From Nitrosopumilaceae archaeon (GTDB lineage Archaea > Thermoproteota > Nitrososphaeria > Nitrososphaerales > Nitrosopumilaceae): 64,000 nucleotides of DNA. The position numbers and the translations under genes are program-made. Of the stretch, positions 41,399 through 50,801 are shown piece after piece (positions within the stretch are counted from its first letter, which is position 1; every line of letters starts with the position of its first letter). Under the pieces are notes generated by a model, which had not been told where the DNA came from, did not search any database, and saw only the letters and a program-made list of their open reading frames with translations. Location of the stretch: NCBI GenBank assembly GCA_965214835.1, contig CBDCCK010000002.1, forward strand, positions 2,240,001-2,304,000. The letters are read 5' to 3'.

Positions 41399-41682
41399 TA
41401 TATGTGGTGGCCGCTGTGGCCGCCGATTTTTTTAACCTGGCCCTTTTCAAGCGCCTGCCTGAGATACGTGTTGGCAGCTGAGATCTTTACGCCTGTCTGC
41501 CTTGCCAGCTCTTGAACCGTGATTACCTTTGCGCCCTTGACTGCCTTGGAGGCCTGCTCTTCGGTCAGCACCACGGTAATCTCTGCCCTTGGGCCCCCTC
41601 CGCCTTCCTTGTCTTTTTTCTTTGATCCCTTGGAGTCCCTTCTCCTGTCCTGCGAGGATAACGGCTTGTTCTTTGCTACCAT
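41383..41682 (-). CDS. rps25e: 30S ribosomal protein S25e-like
   Basis: KVITVQELARQTGVKISAA...GHSGHHIY, Lys-rich N-terminus. Confidence 0.8.
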   Translation of the reverse strand: MVAKNKPLSSQDRRRDSKGSKKKDKEGGGGPRAEITVVLTEEQASKAVKGAKVITVQELARQTGVKISAANTYLRQALEKGQVKKIGGHSGHHIYQPAS

Positions 41683-41965
41683 TTGCTGGTTTTCAGTCGT
41701 AATCCTGTTATAAACTATAACAAGGGCCGGCGGTAAGGGTTTGCCCATTGGACGATACTGCCGATCAGGATCCTCATGATCATGCCCATCTATGCTGCCT
41801 CTTCGGGATGGGGTGAACTCTTACTGCCGGCGGCAGGATCTTGCCCCTTGGGCGACGCTGCCGGCCAATGCCCTGATCACCATGCCCCCACACCGTATTT
41901 TCTGGAGGCAGGCTCTTGCGGCAGCAAACTTTCAACTATAAATAACATCCCCTACAAGAAAAATC

Positions 41966-42178
41966 ATGGGAATCGTATCCAAGGGTGCAAAGTGCAACGT
42001 GGATGGGTGCGATGACGACGGCGCACGCTCTCTTAACACCGCAAAGGTGGAAAATGCAGGACTGCAGGTAAACTCTGCCGGAAAAAAGACCGTCCTGTGC
42101 AAAAGGCACTATAAGGAGTACAAGAAAGAGTCCAAGGATGATCGTGAACTAGAGCGGGCACGGTTTGACAGGTTCTGA
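41966..42178 (+). CDS. small zinc-binding hypothetical protein
   Basis: CNVDGC...LCKRHYKEYKK. Confidence 0.75.
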   Translation: MGIVSKGAKCNVDGCDDDGARSLNTAKVENAGLQVNSAGKKTVLCKRHYKEYKKESKDDRELERARFDRF

Positions 42179-42343
42179 TCAATCCCGCCGCACTCGGGGA
42201 TGCAGCAGTATCAATAGGCCGGCCAAGCCAAGGGAAAGGCATTGGGGTACCAGCGCGGTACAAGACGCACGAGTAGCGATAAGGGACGGTTCCATCCTGC
42301 TTGCATCGGCCACTGTGGAATCAGCAGCTGCGACGGCTGGAAC

Positions 42344-43438
42344 CTACCTTCCTGGCCTTCCCGCGTTTAGTTTTTCCATTCCCCTAAAATAGTCCCTGCT
42401 CAGCCCGTCGTAAAGCGCACCGAGCCTCCCATAGAGCCGCTTGGACCTTCTCTTCTTTTGGCTGCTCAGGACATACAGCGCCAAGATTGGAAACGCAATT
42501 GTCGCGTCTGCGTATACCGTGACATTGTCCCTGTGCGCATCCTGGATCTTGCCCCAACTCTTGCCCTCCTGCAGAGTTGCACCCGACAGCCCCCCGGTGT
42601 CCGGCCGCGCATCCGTAATCTGGATGACATAGTCCTGGCCACCGTCGTTTCTCCTCAGTATCTGATCAAGCAGCGGCCCCGTCTGCTGGGCCGTGTTCTT
42701 TGGAACCCCCCCTCCCAGCTCGACAATACCTGACTTTTTTGAGTTGTACAGGATTGCCCCCTGCTCCAGGATCTCCCTTACAAAGTCCAGGCTGTATACC
42801 CTGTTCTCTAGCCTGTGTACTGCCAGGTTCAGTGCAAGGGACGAGTCCTTGAGCGTGGATATGTAGACCGGCACATCACAGTCATATGCGGCAGTCAGGA
42901 AGCTTTTTTCTGGATGCTTTGACTTTTCCTTGCTCATCTTTCCCAGAAAGTTGCAAAACTCCGCAGTGGTAAAGGGCTTTTCTACGAACTTGTCTCTGTA
43001 TAATTTCTGAATGACTTGATCCTCTGCCTCCAGGGTCTCGTAGAACTTTATGTACACGTCCCTAATCCTGACGATTTCGTTGTCGTACAGCTTTGCATCG
43101 TCAACGTCAAAATGGCCCTGCTTTACGGGCAGCCCCCAGGCAAAGTGATCCTCGTGATACACGTTTGCCCCGGTAGTTATGATCCAGTCTACGAACCCCC
43201 GCTCGATGAGGGTCTTGAAGATCCCGCCAAAGCCTACCGGCGTCATGGCCCCCGCTATCGTAAGACAGATAGTCGCGTCGTCCCTGATCATCTTTGCGTA
43301 AAGTTTTGCCGCATCCCCAAGCTGCCTTGCATTGTACCCTGAGGCCGCAAACATCTCGACTAGATCCTCGATCTTCATTCCAGGATCCAGCCTGATGTGC
43401 GGGATGTTCTTTCCCGTAAACCTGTGATGATCCATCAC
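42344..43438 (-). CDS. deoxyhypusine/homospermidine synthase family protein
   Basis: TTGANVYHE, GGGVPKN, GGLSGATLQEGKSWGK, DATIAFP. Confidence 0.9.
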   Translation of the reverse strand: MMDHHRFTGKNIPHIRLDPGMKIEDLVEMFAASGYNARQLGDAAKLYAKMIRDDATICLTIAGAMTPVGFGGIFKTLIERGFVDWIITTGANVYHEDHFAWGLPVKQGHFDVDDAKLYDNEIVRIRDVYIKFYETLEAEDQVIQKLYRDKFVEKPFTTAEFCNFLGKMSKEKSKHPEKSFLTAAYDCDVPVYISTLKDSSLALNLAVHRLENRVYSLDFVREILEQGAILYNSKKSGIVELGGGVPKNTAQQTGPLLDQILRRNDGGQDYVIQITDARPDTGGLSGATLQEGKSWGKIQDAHRDNVTVYADATIAFPILALYVLSSQKKRRSKRLYGRLGALYDGLSRDYFRGMEKLNAGRPGR

Positions 43439-43507
43439 CTCCCTTGGCGATTCTCGACTAGATAATAATTACGATACCCAAAATTACCGGCAGGTATACT
43501 AGTTGTC

Positions 43508-43846
43508 ATGAGGTTTGTAGACGTCCCTGATCCGGGCAGGGTTGCAAGTGGGCCCTCCCGGGTTTCGGTGATCCTTGAGGGCGGCAGCTTCTGGGAGCGG
43601 GGCTTTGAGATAACTCGCGTCGAGCTTTGCCTGTACGAGGAAAAAGCCGATGAGAGGCTTGGCACCTATTCCCTGATTACGTCCGTCGTTCATACCGACA
43701 GGGGCTCAATTGAGATGGTCTATGACGAAGGGTTCAGGGGGGAGGATCCCTTGGGGCGCGCCAGCCGGTTCCTTTCTGCCAACCTGGGAATATCCGGAGT
43801 CGTCCTACGATCCATTATTGCACTGGAACAGCTCACCAAGACATAA
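43508..43846 (+). CDS. hypothetical protein
   Basis: 112-aa ORF directly upstream of thrS. Confidence 0.7.
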   Translation: MRFVDVPDPGRVASGPSRVSVILEGGSFWERGFEITRVELCLYEEKADERLGTYSLITSVVHTDRGSIEMVYDEGFRGEDPLGRASRFLSANLGISGVVLRSIIALEQLTKT

Positions 43847-43877
43847 CATTTAATTTCAAAATTTCCAGTGTGAAACC

Positions 43878-45734
43878 ATGCGGATCCTGCAGCTTCACTG
43901 TGACAGCATAGACTATGTCCCGACAAAAAAGGAGATCAGGTCTGCCGAGGACATTGCAAGCCCCGGGCCCCGGCACTTTGAGGAGGTGGTGGTGGCATTT
44001 GTGGCAGTAGAGGACGGCGATGACTCATCAGTGGCACAAAGGGCGGTATCCCAAATCAGATCCTCGATGGAGAAGATCGGCTGCAAAAGGCTGCTCCTAT
44101 ATCCTTATGCCCACCTCAGCTCCGACCTTGCGGCCCCCTCCACTGCAATGCCCCTGCTCAAGGAAATGGAGTCAGCAGCATCTGATCTTGAGGTGTCTTG
44201 CTCCCCGTTTGGCTGGACAAAGTCCTACCAGGTCAAGGTAAAGGGGCATCCGCTAGCCGAGAGCTTCCGGGTCATCACCAAGGATGATGCCGGGGGGGAG
44301 GTGACGTCTGACGCGCTGAGGGGCGAGTCCGGGATCGAGTCCTGCTGGAACATCCTGTCCCCCGACGGGACGATGATCCCAGTCGAGGAGTTTGATTTTG
44401 GGGATCACAAAAAGCTGGAGGTTCTCTCAAGGTACGAGGCGGCCAAGAAAAGAAGCACGGACGAGCCTCCGCCGCATGTAGCCCTGATGAAGAGGATGGC
44501 GATTGCAGACTATGAGCCGGCGTCTGACTCTGGAAACATGCGGTTTTATCCCAACGGGCGCCTGATAAAGTCTCTGATCGAGCAGTACGTCACAAACCGC
44601 GTCAGGGAGTATGGCGGATACGAGGTGGAGACCCCGATCATGTATGACTCCCACCATCCCAGCATGGAGAGCTACTTTAACCGGTTCCCTGCAAGGCAGT
44701 ACAGCATCGACTCTGAAGGAAAGCAGCTCTTCTTGAGGTTTGCCGCATGCTTTGGGCAGTTTTTGATGGCAAACGACTTTCAAATGTCCTACAAGAACCT
44801 GCCCTACAGGCTGTACGAGCTGACCAGGTACAGCTTTAGGCGTGAGCAGTCCGGCGAGCTTGTGGGGCTGAGGCGGCTGCGCGCATTCACCATGCCTGAC
44901 TGCCATGCCTTTTGTGCCGACATGGACCAGGCGGCCGGTGAGCTTCAGGCACGGTTTGATCTGTCAAAGAGCGTAATCAGGGAGCTTGGAATAGGGGAGG
45001 ACGGCTACGAGATGGCAGTCCGGTTTACGGAGGACTTTTACAGCCAGAACAGGGAGGTGGTCTTGGAGCTTGTCAAAAAGCACGGCAAGCCGGTACTCGT
45101 TGAGATGTGGAAGGAAAAGTTCTTTTATTTTGTCCTAAAATGGGAGTTCAACTATATCGACAACCTTGGAAAGGCGTCCGCACTGTCCACTGACCAGATT
45201 GACGTCGAGAACGGAGGCAGGTATGGAATAGAGTTCGTCGACGAAAACAACACCCAGAGGCATCCCCTCATACTTCACAACTCCCCGAGCGGGGCCGTAG
45301 AGCGCGTAATCTACGCCCTTTTGGAGGAGGCCGCAAAGGATGCCGCGGAGGGCAGAAAGCCGGAGCTTCCGCTGTGGCTTGCCCCCACACAGGTGCGAAT
45401 AATCCCACTCAAGGAGGAGTTTGCCGAATTCTCAAAGAACCTAGCCGACGGGATCTCCTCCCACAACGTCCGGGTCGACATCGATGACAGAAACGAATCC
45501 ATCGGAAAGAGAATCCGGGAGGGCGAAAAGGAGTGGATCCGCTACATATTGGTCATAGGTGCAAGGGAGGCGCAGTCTCACAGCCTGAGCATTCGTGACA
45601 GGAGGACCGGAGACGTGCGCGAGATATCCTTTGACGATTTTATCGCAGAGATCCACGAGGAAACCAAGGGAAGGCCATACTCTGCACTGAACCTTCCGCG
45701 GTACCTCTCAAAGAGGCCCCAGATCATGGTGTGA
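43878..45734 (+). CDS. thrS: threonine--tRNA ligase (archaeal)
   Basis: MRILQLH, YPYAHLS editing domain, LRFAACFG, RLRAFTMPD.H, WLAPTQVR. Confidence 0.97.
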   Translation: MRILQLHCDSIDYVPTKKEIRSAEDIASPGPRHFEEVVVAFVAVEDGDDSSVAQRAVSQIRSSMEKIGCKRLLLYPYAHLSSDLAAPSTAMPLLKEMESAASDLEVSCSPFGWTKSYQVKVKGHPLAESFRVITKDDAGGEVTSDALRGESGIESCWNILSPDGTMIPVEEFDFGDHKKLEVLSRYEAAKKRSTDEPPPHVALMKRMAIADYEPASDSGNMRFYPNGRLIKSLIEQYVTNRVREYGGYEVETPIMYDSHHPSMESYFNRFPARQYSIDSEGKQLFLRFAACFGQFLMANDFQMSYKNLPYRLYELTRYSFRREQSGELVGLRRLRAFTMPDCHAFCADMDQAAGELQARFDLSKSVIRELGIGEDGYEMAVRFTEDFYSQNREVVLELVKKHGKPVLVEMWKEKFFYFVLKWEFNYIDNLGKASALSTDQIDVENGGRYGIEFVDENNTQRHPLILHNSPSGAVERVIYALLEEAAKDAAEGRKPELPLWLAPTQVRIIPLKEEFAEFSKNLADGISSHNVRVDIDDRNESIGKRIREGEKEWIRYILVIGAREAQSHSLSIRDRRTGDVREISFDDFIAEIHEETKGRPYSALNLPRYLSKRPQIMV

Positions 45735-45738
45735 CAGG

Positions 45739-46617
45739 TTGAGCTTCATCGACCTCTATCTTAACCGAAACCCCCTGATATCTGCCCCCGGGGATGGCTC
45801 GGAGCCCGTAGCCACCGTGTTTGGGATTCCCTTTGACTCTACTCACTCTTACAAGCCCGGATGCCGGTTTGGGCCCGATGCAATCCGCGAGGCCTTTAAC
45901 AACATCGAGATCTTTCACCCCGATCTGCAGGTTGACTTGGAGTCTGCCGGAATCGAGGATCTCGGAAACACCACCCACACCGTGGCCGCATCCGAGATGA
46001 TCAACATGGCAAGAAAGGTCACGGGGGAGCTTGTCGGCCGTGGCAGGCAGCTGCTCATCCTGGGCGGCGAGCACTCTATCACGTATGGAACATACACGGG
46101 CTTTCCAAGGGAGACCGGATACATTGTATTTGACGCGCACTATGACCTGCGTGACCAGTATGCCGGCACCAAGCTGAGCCATGCGTCCTATCTGAGGCGC
46201 ATTGTCGAGGAGCGCGGTGCCGACAGCATCGTCCATGTCGGTGCCAGGGCATTTGTCAAAGAGGAGCTTGCGTTTTTGACGGAGCATCGCATCAGAACAA
46301 TCACCGACAGGGACATCCGTGGCGGCAGCGGCCCGAGACTGGTAAGGGACGCGGTATCTGTATTTGATGAGACGTATGCAAGCTTTGATCTGGACGTGCT
46401 GGATCCGGCCTTTGCCCCCGGGGTCGGAAATCCGGAGGCCGAGGGCATAACCTCGCGGGAGCTCCTTGACATGGTCCGCTCCATGGACGGCACCATGCTG
46501 ACCGGCGTTGACATTGTCGAGCTGAACCCCCAGAATGATACCGGGGCCACTGCCGCCATGGCTGCCAAAATCGCCTCCACCGTCATTGCTATGGGCCTCG
46601 CAGATGGCAGCGCCTGA
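45739..46617 (+). CDS. speB: agmatinase
   Basis: GGEHSIT, DAHYD, SFDLDVLDPAFAPG. Confidence 0.9.
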   Translation: MSFIDLYLNRNPLISAPGDGSEPVATVFGIPFDSTHSYKPGCRFGPDAIREAFNNIEIFHPDLQVDLESAGIEDLGNTTHTVAASEMINMARKVTGELVGRGRQLLILGGEHSITYGTYTGFPRETGYIVFDAHYDLRDQYAGTKLSHASYLRRIVEERGADSIVHVGARAFVKEELAFLTEHRIRTITDRDIRGGSGPRLVRDAVSVFDETYASFDLDVLDPAFAPGVGNPEAEGITSRELLDMVRSMDGTMLTGVDIVELNPQNDTGATAAMAAKIASTVIAMGLADGSA

Positions 46618-46877
46618 CCCGTGCACGGATCCTGCCTTTTTTTCAGCCACGGTTTCCGTGTGCCCCGGCGTGCGTTCATGCCGGCACCCGGGGATCAGAC
46701 TCGCGCAGTGGATGCGGCAGTTATCGGGACGGCACGCATGAGATGTCCCGGCCCGGCCAGATTCGTCACAGTGGCCGTCGTTGTTTGGCAGGCGGCCCGG
46801 CCCATGCCGGACGTGCAGACTTGGGGGATCTCCTGGCCGTCGTTATTTTATATATGCATCGGGACTGGTGATTTTGC

Positions 46878-47450
46878 ATGCTCAACAACCTAAGAGAGCG
46901 CCTCAGACCGATCCTTGAGGGCATAGGACGCAGTTTTGCATCGACGGGACTGTCTCCTAACACTTGGACGTCCGTAGGACTGGCGTTTGCATTTGCCTCC
47001 GCAGCTGTCTATGGCACCGGCTATGAGTTTGCCTTTGTTGTTGCCGGAGTCCTGCTTTTGGTCTCTGGATTCTTTGACATTGTTGACGGGCAGGTCGCGC
47101 GCGTAACCAAGAAGGCATCCCAAAGGGGATCGTTTCTTGACTCAATGTCAGACAAGATTGCAGAGGTCGCAATCTTCATGGGAATCCTAGTGGGAGGATA
47201 TGCCGAGCCTTATCTCGTACTGCCTGCAATTACGCTGTCTCTGCTGGTAAGCTATGCACGCTCCAAGGCCGAGTCCCTGGGAGTGAGGCTTCAGGGAATC
47301 GGAATTGGGGAGAGGGCCGAGCGGCTGCTGGTAATTGCGATTCTGGGCATAATCCCCGGAATGATGGAGATTGCAATGGTCATCGTGATCATCATAGCCG
47401 CAATAACGCTGGTTCAAAGGATGATCTTTACTGCAAAAAGACTGGACTGA
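46878..47450 (+). CDS. CDP-alcohol phosphatidyltransferase (archaetidylinositol-phosphate synthase-like)
   Basis: DIVDGQVAR...GSFLDSMSDKIAE. Confidence 0.9.
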   Translation: MLNNLRERLRPILEGIGRSFASTGLSPNTWTSVGLAFAFASAAVYGTGYEFAFVVAGVLLLVSGFFDIVDGQVARVTKKASQRGSFLDSMSDKIAEVAIFMGILVGGYAEPYLVLPAITLSLLVSYARSKAESLGVRLQGIGIGERAERLLVIAILGIIPGMMEIAMVIVIIIAAITLVQRMIFTAKRLD

Positions 47451-47738
47451 CTATCGCAGCCTGCCGCGCTTTCTCCTGTTGTCTGCAGACCGAATCTTCA
47501 GAATCTTGAAGTGAATTGCGCACGAAATGCAGTACCAGTTGAGAACCTTTGGCGATGCAATGTAGGCCCCCTGCGCGCGTAGCTCCTTTGCCAGCGTGTG
47601 CTCTACGAGATTCAGCCTGGAGGTGACCTTCTTGGCCTTGTCCTTGGGTACAGTCTGTGCGCAGTTTGAGCACTGGACTACGCCTGTGGAGCCCTTTCCC
47701 CCCTTTGTACGGCCCCTGCTGGCACGCTTGAGTGGCAT
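47451..47738 (-). CDS. rps26e: 30S ribosomal protein S26e
   Basis: MPLKRASRGR, CSNC..VPKDKA, YCISCAIH. Confidence 0.95.
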   Translation of the reverse strand: MPLKRASRGRTKGGKGSTGVVQCSNCAQTVPKDKAKKVTSRLNLVEHTLAKELRAQGAYIASPKVLNWYCISCAIHFKILKIRSADNRRKRGRLR

Positions 47739-47786
47739 GGGCTAACAGGGTTATCCCCTACTTATAATCTTGCAGTTTGGCAGCTG

Positions 47787-47875
47787 GTAAGTTTACCCCT
47801 GGGAGACACTGCGGGCTAGAACACTTGATCACCATGCCTACCATGTCGTATCTTCCGGAGGGGGTAAGCTCTTAC
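47787..47875 (-). mobile_element. MITE family D copy 2
   Basis: Reverse complement aligns with 37122-37209; GTAAG...CTTAC ends. Confidence 0.75.
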
Positions 47876-47956
47876 GGCAAAGGGGATGCGGCCACACACC
47901 AGATGATCAGAGCCCCCTAATCACCCTTGGGTGCTTGGCGGCATTGTCGTATGGAT

Positions 47957-48040
47957 AAAACGAGGGCGGCGATGGAGCCGTGACGATTAGATCGTCCCTG
48001 CGACGGGATGATCCTAATTCCATCAGAGCCCTCGTTTTTT
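47957..48040 (+). ncRNA. candidate structured small RNA (long hairpin followed by T-run)
   Basis: Nested stems AAAACGAGGGC/GCCCTCGTTTT, GATGGA/TCCATC, ATTAG/CTAAT, ATCGTCCC/GGGATGAT; strand uncertain. Confidence 0.35.
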
Positions 48041-48203
48041 GATTCCTTTTACTTCATTTTAGCCTTTCGAGATTGGCAGCTAGGTGAAATGTAGATGGGA
48101 TTGTTGTTTTTGTCTTGATGTTGAGGCGTCATGTTTCCTGCCTGATTTTCTGTTTTTGCTCGATTTTTGGTACGTTTCACCTGCCTGTTTGAGGTAAGAG
48201 TTT

Positions 48204-49619
48204 CAGTAGTTCTTCGATGTACTTTTGCAGGCACGATAATTACGCAATTTGCCGAGATTTTTTGACCATCATACTATAGATCAGGCGGTGTGCCAACCAT
48301 CATCATGTCAGTAACACAAAACGACGTGTTTGCACACCAGTTTGACATAACATCGAGACAGTTTAAAACATTGCGACGGCGGTTTCCCAAGCTCGGGCTG
48401 GCCGTCTCAAAGAGTCGCAACGCAGTGTATGACCACATCGACGCACTGCGCGTTCTATATTTCATGTCTGAGAGGAGGATGTTTGCAGAATCTGCCGTGA
48501 CGCACCTTCGCAGGCGGGCCTCAAAATGCAGCAGGCAGCAGCATGACGACGGGGCTGCCTCCAAGGGCGGCGCGTATAGTTGCCGTACGCCTAGTCCGGA
48601 CTGGATCCTAAAGGCGATCCGGGGCGTCAGCCTGGATGATGCGCAAAAGTGGTGCAGCTCCATGCTGCAGCATACGGTAAGGTGCGCCCGCAGGTCAGGC
48701 ATGCTGCACAACACGGACGTCGTGGCAGTGGACGTTACCGACGTGGAATACTATGGCAAGGGCCTGGAGGATATCGCCAGAAAGTCAAAGCCCAAGAACG
48801 GCACGTCGACGTTTCTCTCGCACATTACCATGCACGGAATAGGATCAGATGACGGGTCTGACCTCGTGCTTTCCTCGCTGCAGCTTCCAAAAGAGGCAAA
48901 ACTGGCCGATTTCGTGCCTAAAATGATCCGCAAGGCGTCCAGATCAGGGATGAGGATCAAGACGTTCCTGTATGACCGCGGGTTCTTTAACGTGGACTGC
49001 ATGAGGGCTGCAGAAACAAGCACGGGCAGCTACATCATGCCTGCCGTCAAGAACAGGAGGATAGTGGCGGCAATAGAGGAGCATGACCGCGGAGAACGCG
49101 GTGCGGTATCAAAATATACAATGACCAACAAGGACGGCAAGAGCGCCACATTCAGGCTAGTCATTGTGGAAAAGGACGAGGTAGAAAAGGACGGCACGGC
49201 AGCAGCAAAGAAGGACAAGGCAGAAGAGACCATAGCCGACAGGTATCTGGTCTTTGCCACCAACATGTCTGCTAAAAGTGCAGAGGCAGTCATTGAGCAG
49301 ATACCGGAGGAGTACCGCAGTCGGTGGGGAATCGAGACCGGGTTCAGGGTGATCAAGGGGATAATGGGCAAGACGTGCAGCAATTCCCCGGTCGTCAGGC
49401 TGCTGCTGTTCTATATGTCTGTCATACTGTACAACCTGTGGAGGACTGCCGTGTTCATAGACGTGGAATCCAAGTGGGACGGATTTGCAGGAGGGAAGGG
49501 GTTTACCATGATGCTGTTTGTCGCGTGCATTGTCGATGCGGCCGACTCGTTTGTAAACGATCGCGGAAAGTAGCGGAGGTGCCGTGTCGGGTCTGCAAAA
49601 GTACATCTAGGAAGTACTG
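48204..49619 (+). mobile_element. ISH3/IS4-type element copy 3 (1416 bp, intact)
   Basis: CAG-terminal TIRs, 4-bp TSD gttt. Confidence 0.93.
48290..49573 (+). CDS. ISH3/IS4-family DDE transposase
   Basis: Protein identical to 34378-35661. Confidence 0.92.
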   Translation: MPTIIMSVTQNDVFAHQFDITSRQFKTLRRRFPKLGLAVSKSRNAVYDHIDALRVLYFMSERRMFAESAVTHLRRRASKCSRQQHDDGAASKGGAYSCRTPSPDWILKAIRGVSLDDAQKWCSSMLQHTVRCARRSGMLHNTDVVAVDVTDVEYYGKGLEDIARKSKPKNGTSTFLSHITMHGIGSDDGSDLVLSSLQLPKEAKLADFVPKMIRKASRSGMRIKTFLYDRGFFNVDCMRAAETSTGSYIMPAVKNRRIVAAIEEHDRGERGAVSKYTMTNKDGKSATFRLVIVEKDEVEKDGTAAAKKDKAEETIADRYLVFATNMSAKSAEAVIEQIPEEYRSRWGIETGFRVIKGIMGKTCSNSPVVRLLLFYMSVILYNLWRTAVFIDVESKWDGFAGGKGFTMMLFVACIVDAADSFVNDRGK

Positions 49620-49891
49620 GTTTGCCCCTCCCGAAACTACGGCGTGGTGGGCATGATCATGAAGGCCGCGATCGGCGCCGTCGTCTGAGGAATAATCCCC
49701 TACGGCAGTTTTGAGGCATTTCTGCCATATTCCTTTAATCTTAGATCGTCGTATAAGGTTATGATGCGTGGATTGTGTCATCGCTGCCTGAGCTCAAACG
49801 CCGAGCTTGTGGTGGACAGGGGAAGGATTATGTGCACTGGCTGCCATGAAAAGCAAAACACTAAATCCTGATCCCTGCCACCCTTGGCTAA

Positions 49892-50764
49892 ATGAAGCTG
49901 GACATATACGCACACTGTGCAATCGATACGATTTCAATCGGCCAATCGCGATACCGGCAGGCCGGCGGCCCTGCCTGCTATTGCGGCCATGCTGCAAGGA
50001 AGCTAAAGTTTGACGTAGGCCTCCACACAAAGTTTGGAAGTGATTTTCCACATTCTGAGTGCCTGGACGACCTTGGAATTCAATACGACGAGGCGCTGTC
50101 TGATGCACCTACAACAAAATTTCGAATCAACGTCAGGGGCGCAGAGCGTGATCTCTTCCTCGAAAGCAAGTGCGAGCCCCTAGCCTTTTGTGATTCAGAA
50201 TCCGATGGCGTCCTGATCAGCCCCGTCTTTGACGAGGTCTCCGCTGAGACGTTTGCAAGGGTTAAGGACGGCTCGAAGTCCGTCTTTGTGGATCCACAGG
50301 GGTTTCTCCGACGCGCAGACGGTAAAGGCATGGTGTACCTGGAAAAGACCGACGTTGATCTGTCCGGGGTGCGCGCGATCAAGTCCAGTCCCGATGAGAT
50401 GGAGCGGCTGGTCGGAAGCTCGGATCTTGGGGGCATGAGGATGCTTCAGAAAAGGGGCGTGGACTATGTTCTCAGGACAAACGGGACGGAGGTCTCCCTG
50501 CTAGACGGTGACAGGCTGTACTCGCTCAGGCTGCCAAACAAGAAGGTCTATGACACGACGGGCATCGGGGATATCTTCAGTGCGACATTTGCATGCACCA
50601 TGCTAAGGGAAAGGGACTCGCTGTGGGCGCTGTGCTTTGCCGGCGGCTCTGCGCAGGCCGCACTTGAGACGGGGGACGTGGGCCTGCAAAAGGTTCCAGA
50701 AAGGGGCGCCACCGCCACGAATGCGTCGTATTTTTACAATACGGTTGATTTCAAGCAGGTATAG
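49892..50764 (+). CDS. PfkB/ribokinase-family kinase
   Basis: GGPACY, VDPQGFLR, DTTGIGDIF. Confidence 0.88.
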   Translation: MKLDIYAHCAIDTISIGQSRYRQAGGPACYCGHAARKLKFDVGLHTKFGSDFPHSECLDDLGIQYDEALSDAPTTKFRINVRGAERDLFLESKCEPLAFCDSESDGVLISPVFDEVSAETFARVKDGSKSVFVDPQGFLRRADGKGMVYLEKTDVDLSGVRAIKSSPDEMERLVGSSDLGGMRMLQKRGVDYVLRTNGTEVSLLDGDRLYSLRLPNKKVYDTTGIGDIFSATFACTMLRERDSLWALCFAGGSAQAALETGDVGLQKVPERGATATNASYFYNTVDFKQV

Positions 50765-50801
50765 CTTGTAGGCTTTTATTGCACATTTTCGACATTTCCT
50801 T

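Noticed and set aside
45724-46679. Long antisense ORFs over speB (similar shadows over the transposases, thrS and the ABC permeases)
   Set aside because: Codon-bias shadows of well-supported genes.
47880-48040. Hammerhead ribozyme or riboswitch
   Set aside because: CTGATGG rather than CTGATGA, no correctly placed GAAA, and no riboswitch consensus recognised.
48049-49781. A gene interrupted by ISH3 copy 3
   Set aside because: The rejoined flanks give no recognisable protein, so it cannot be supported.
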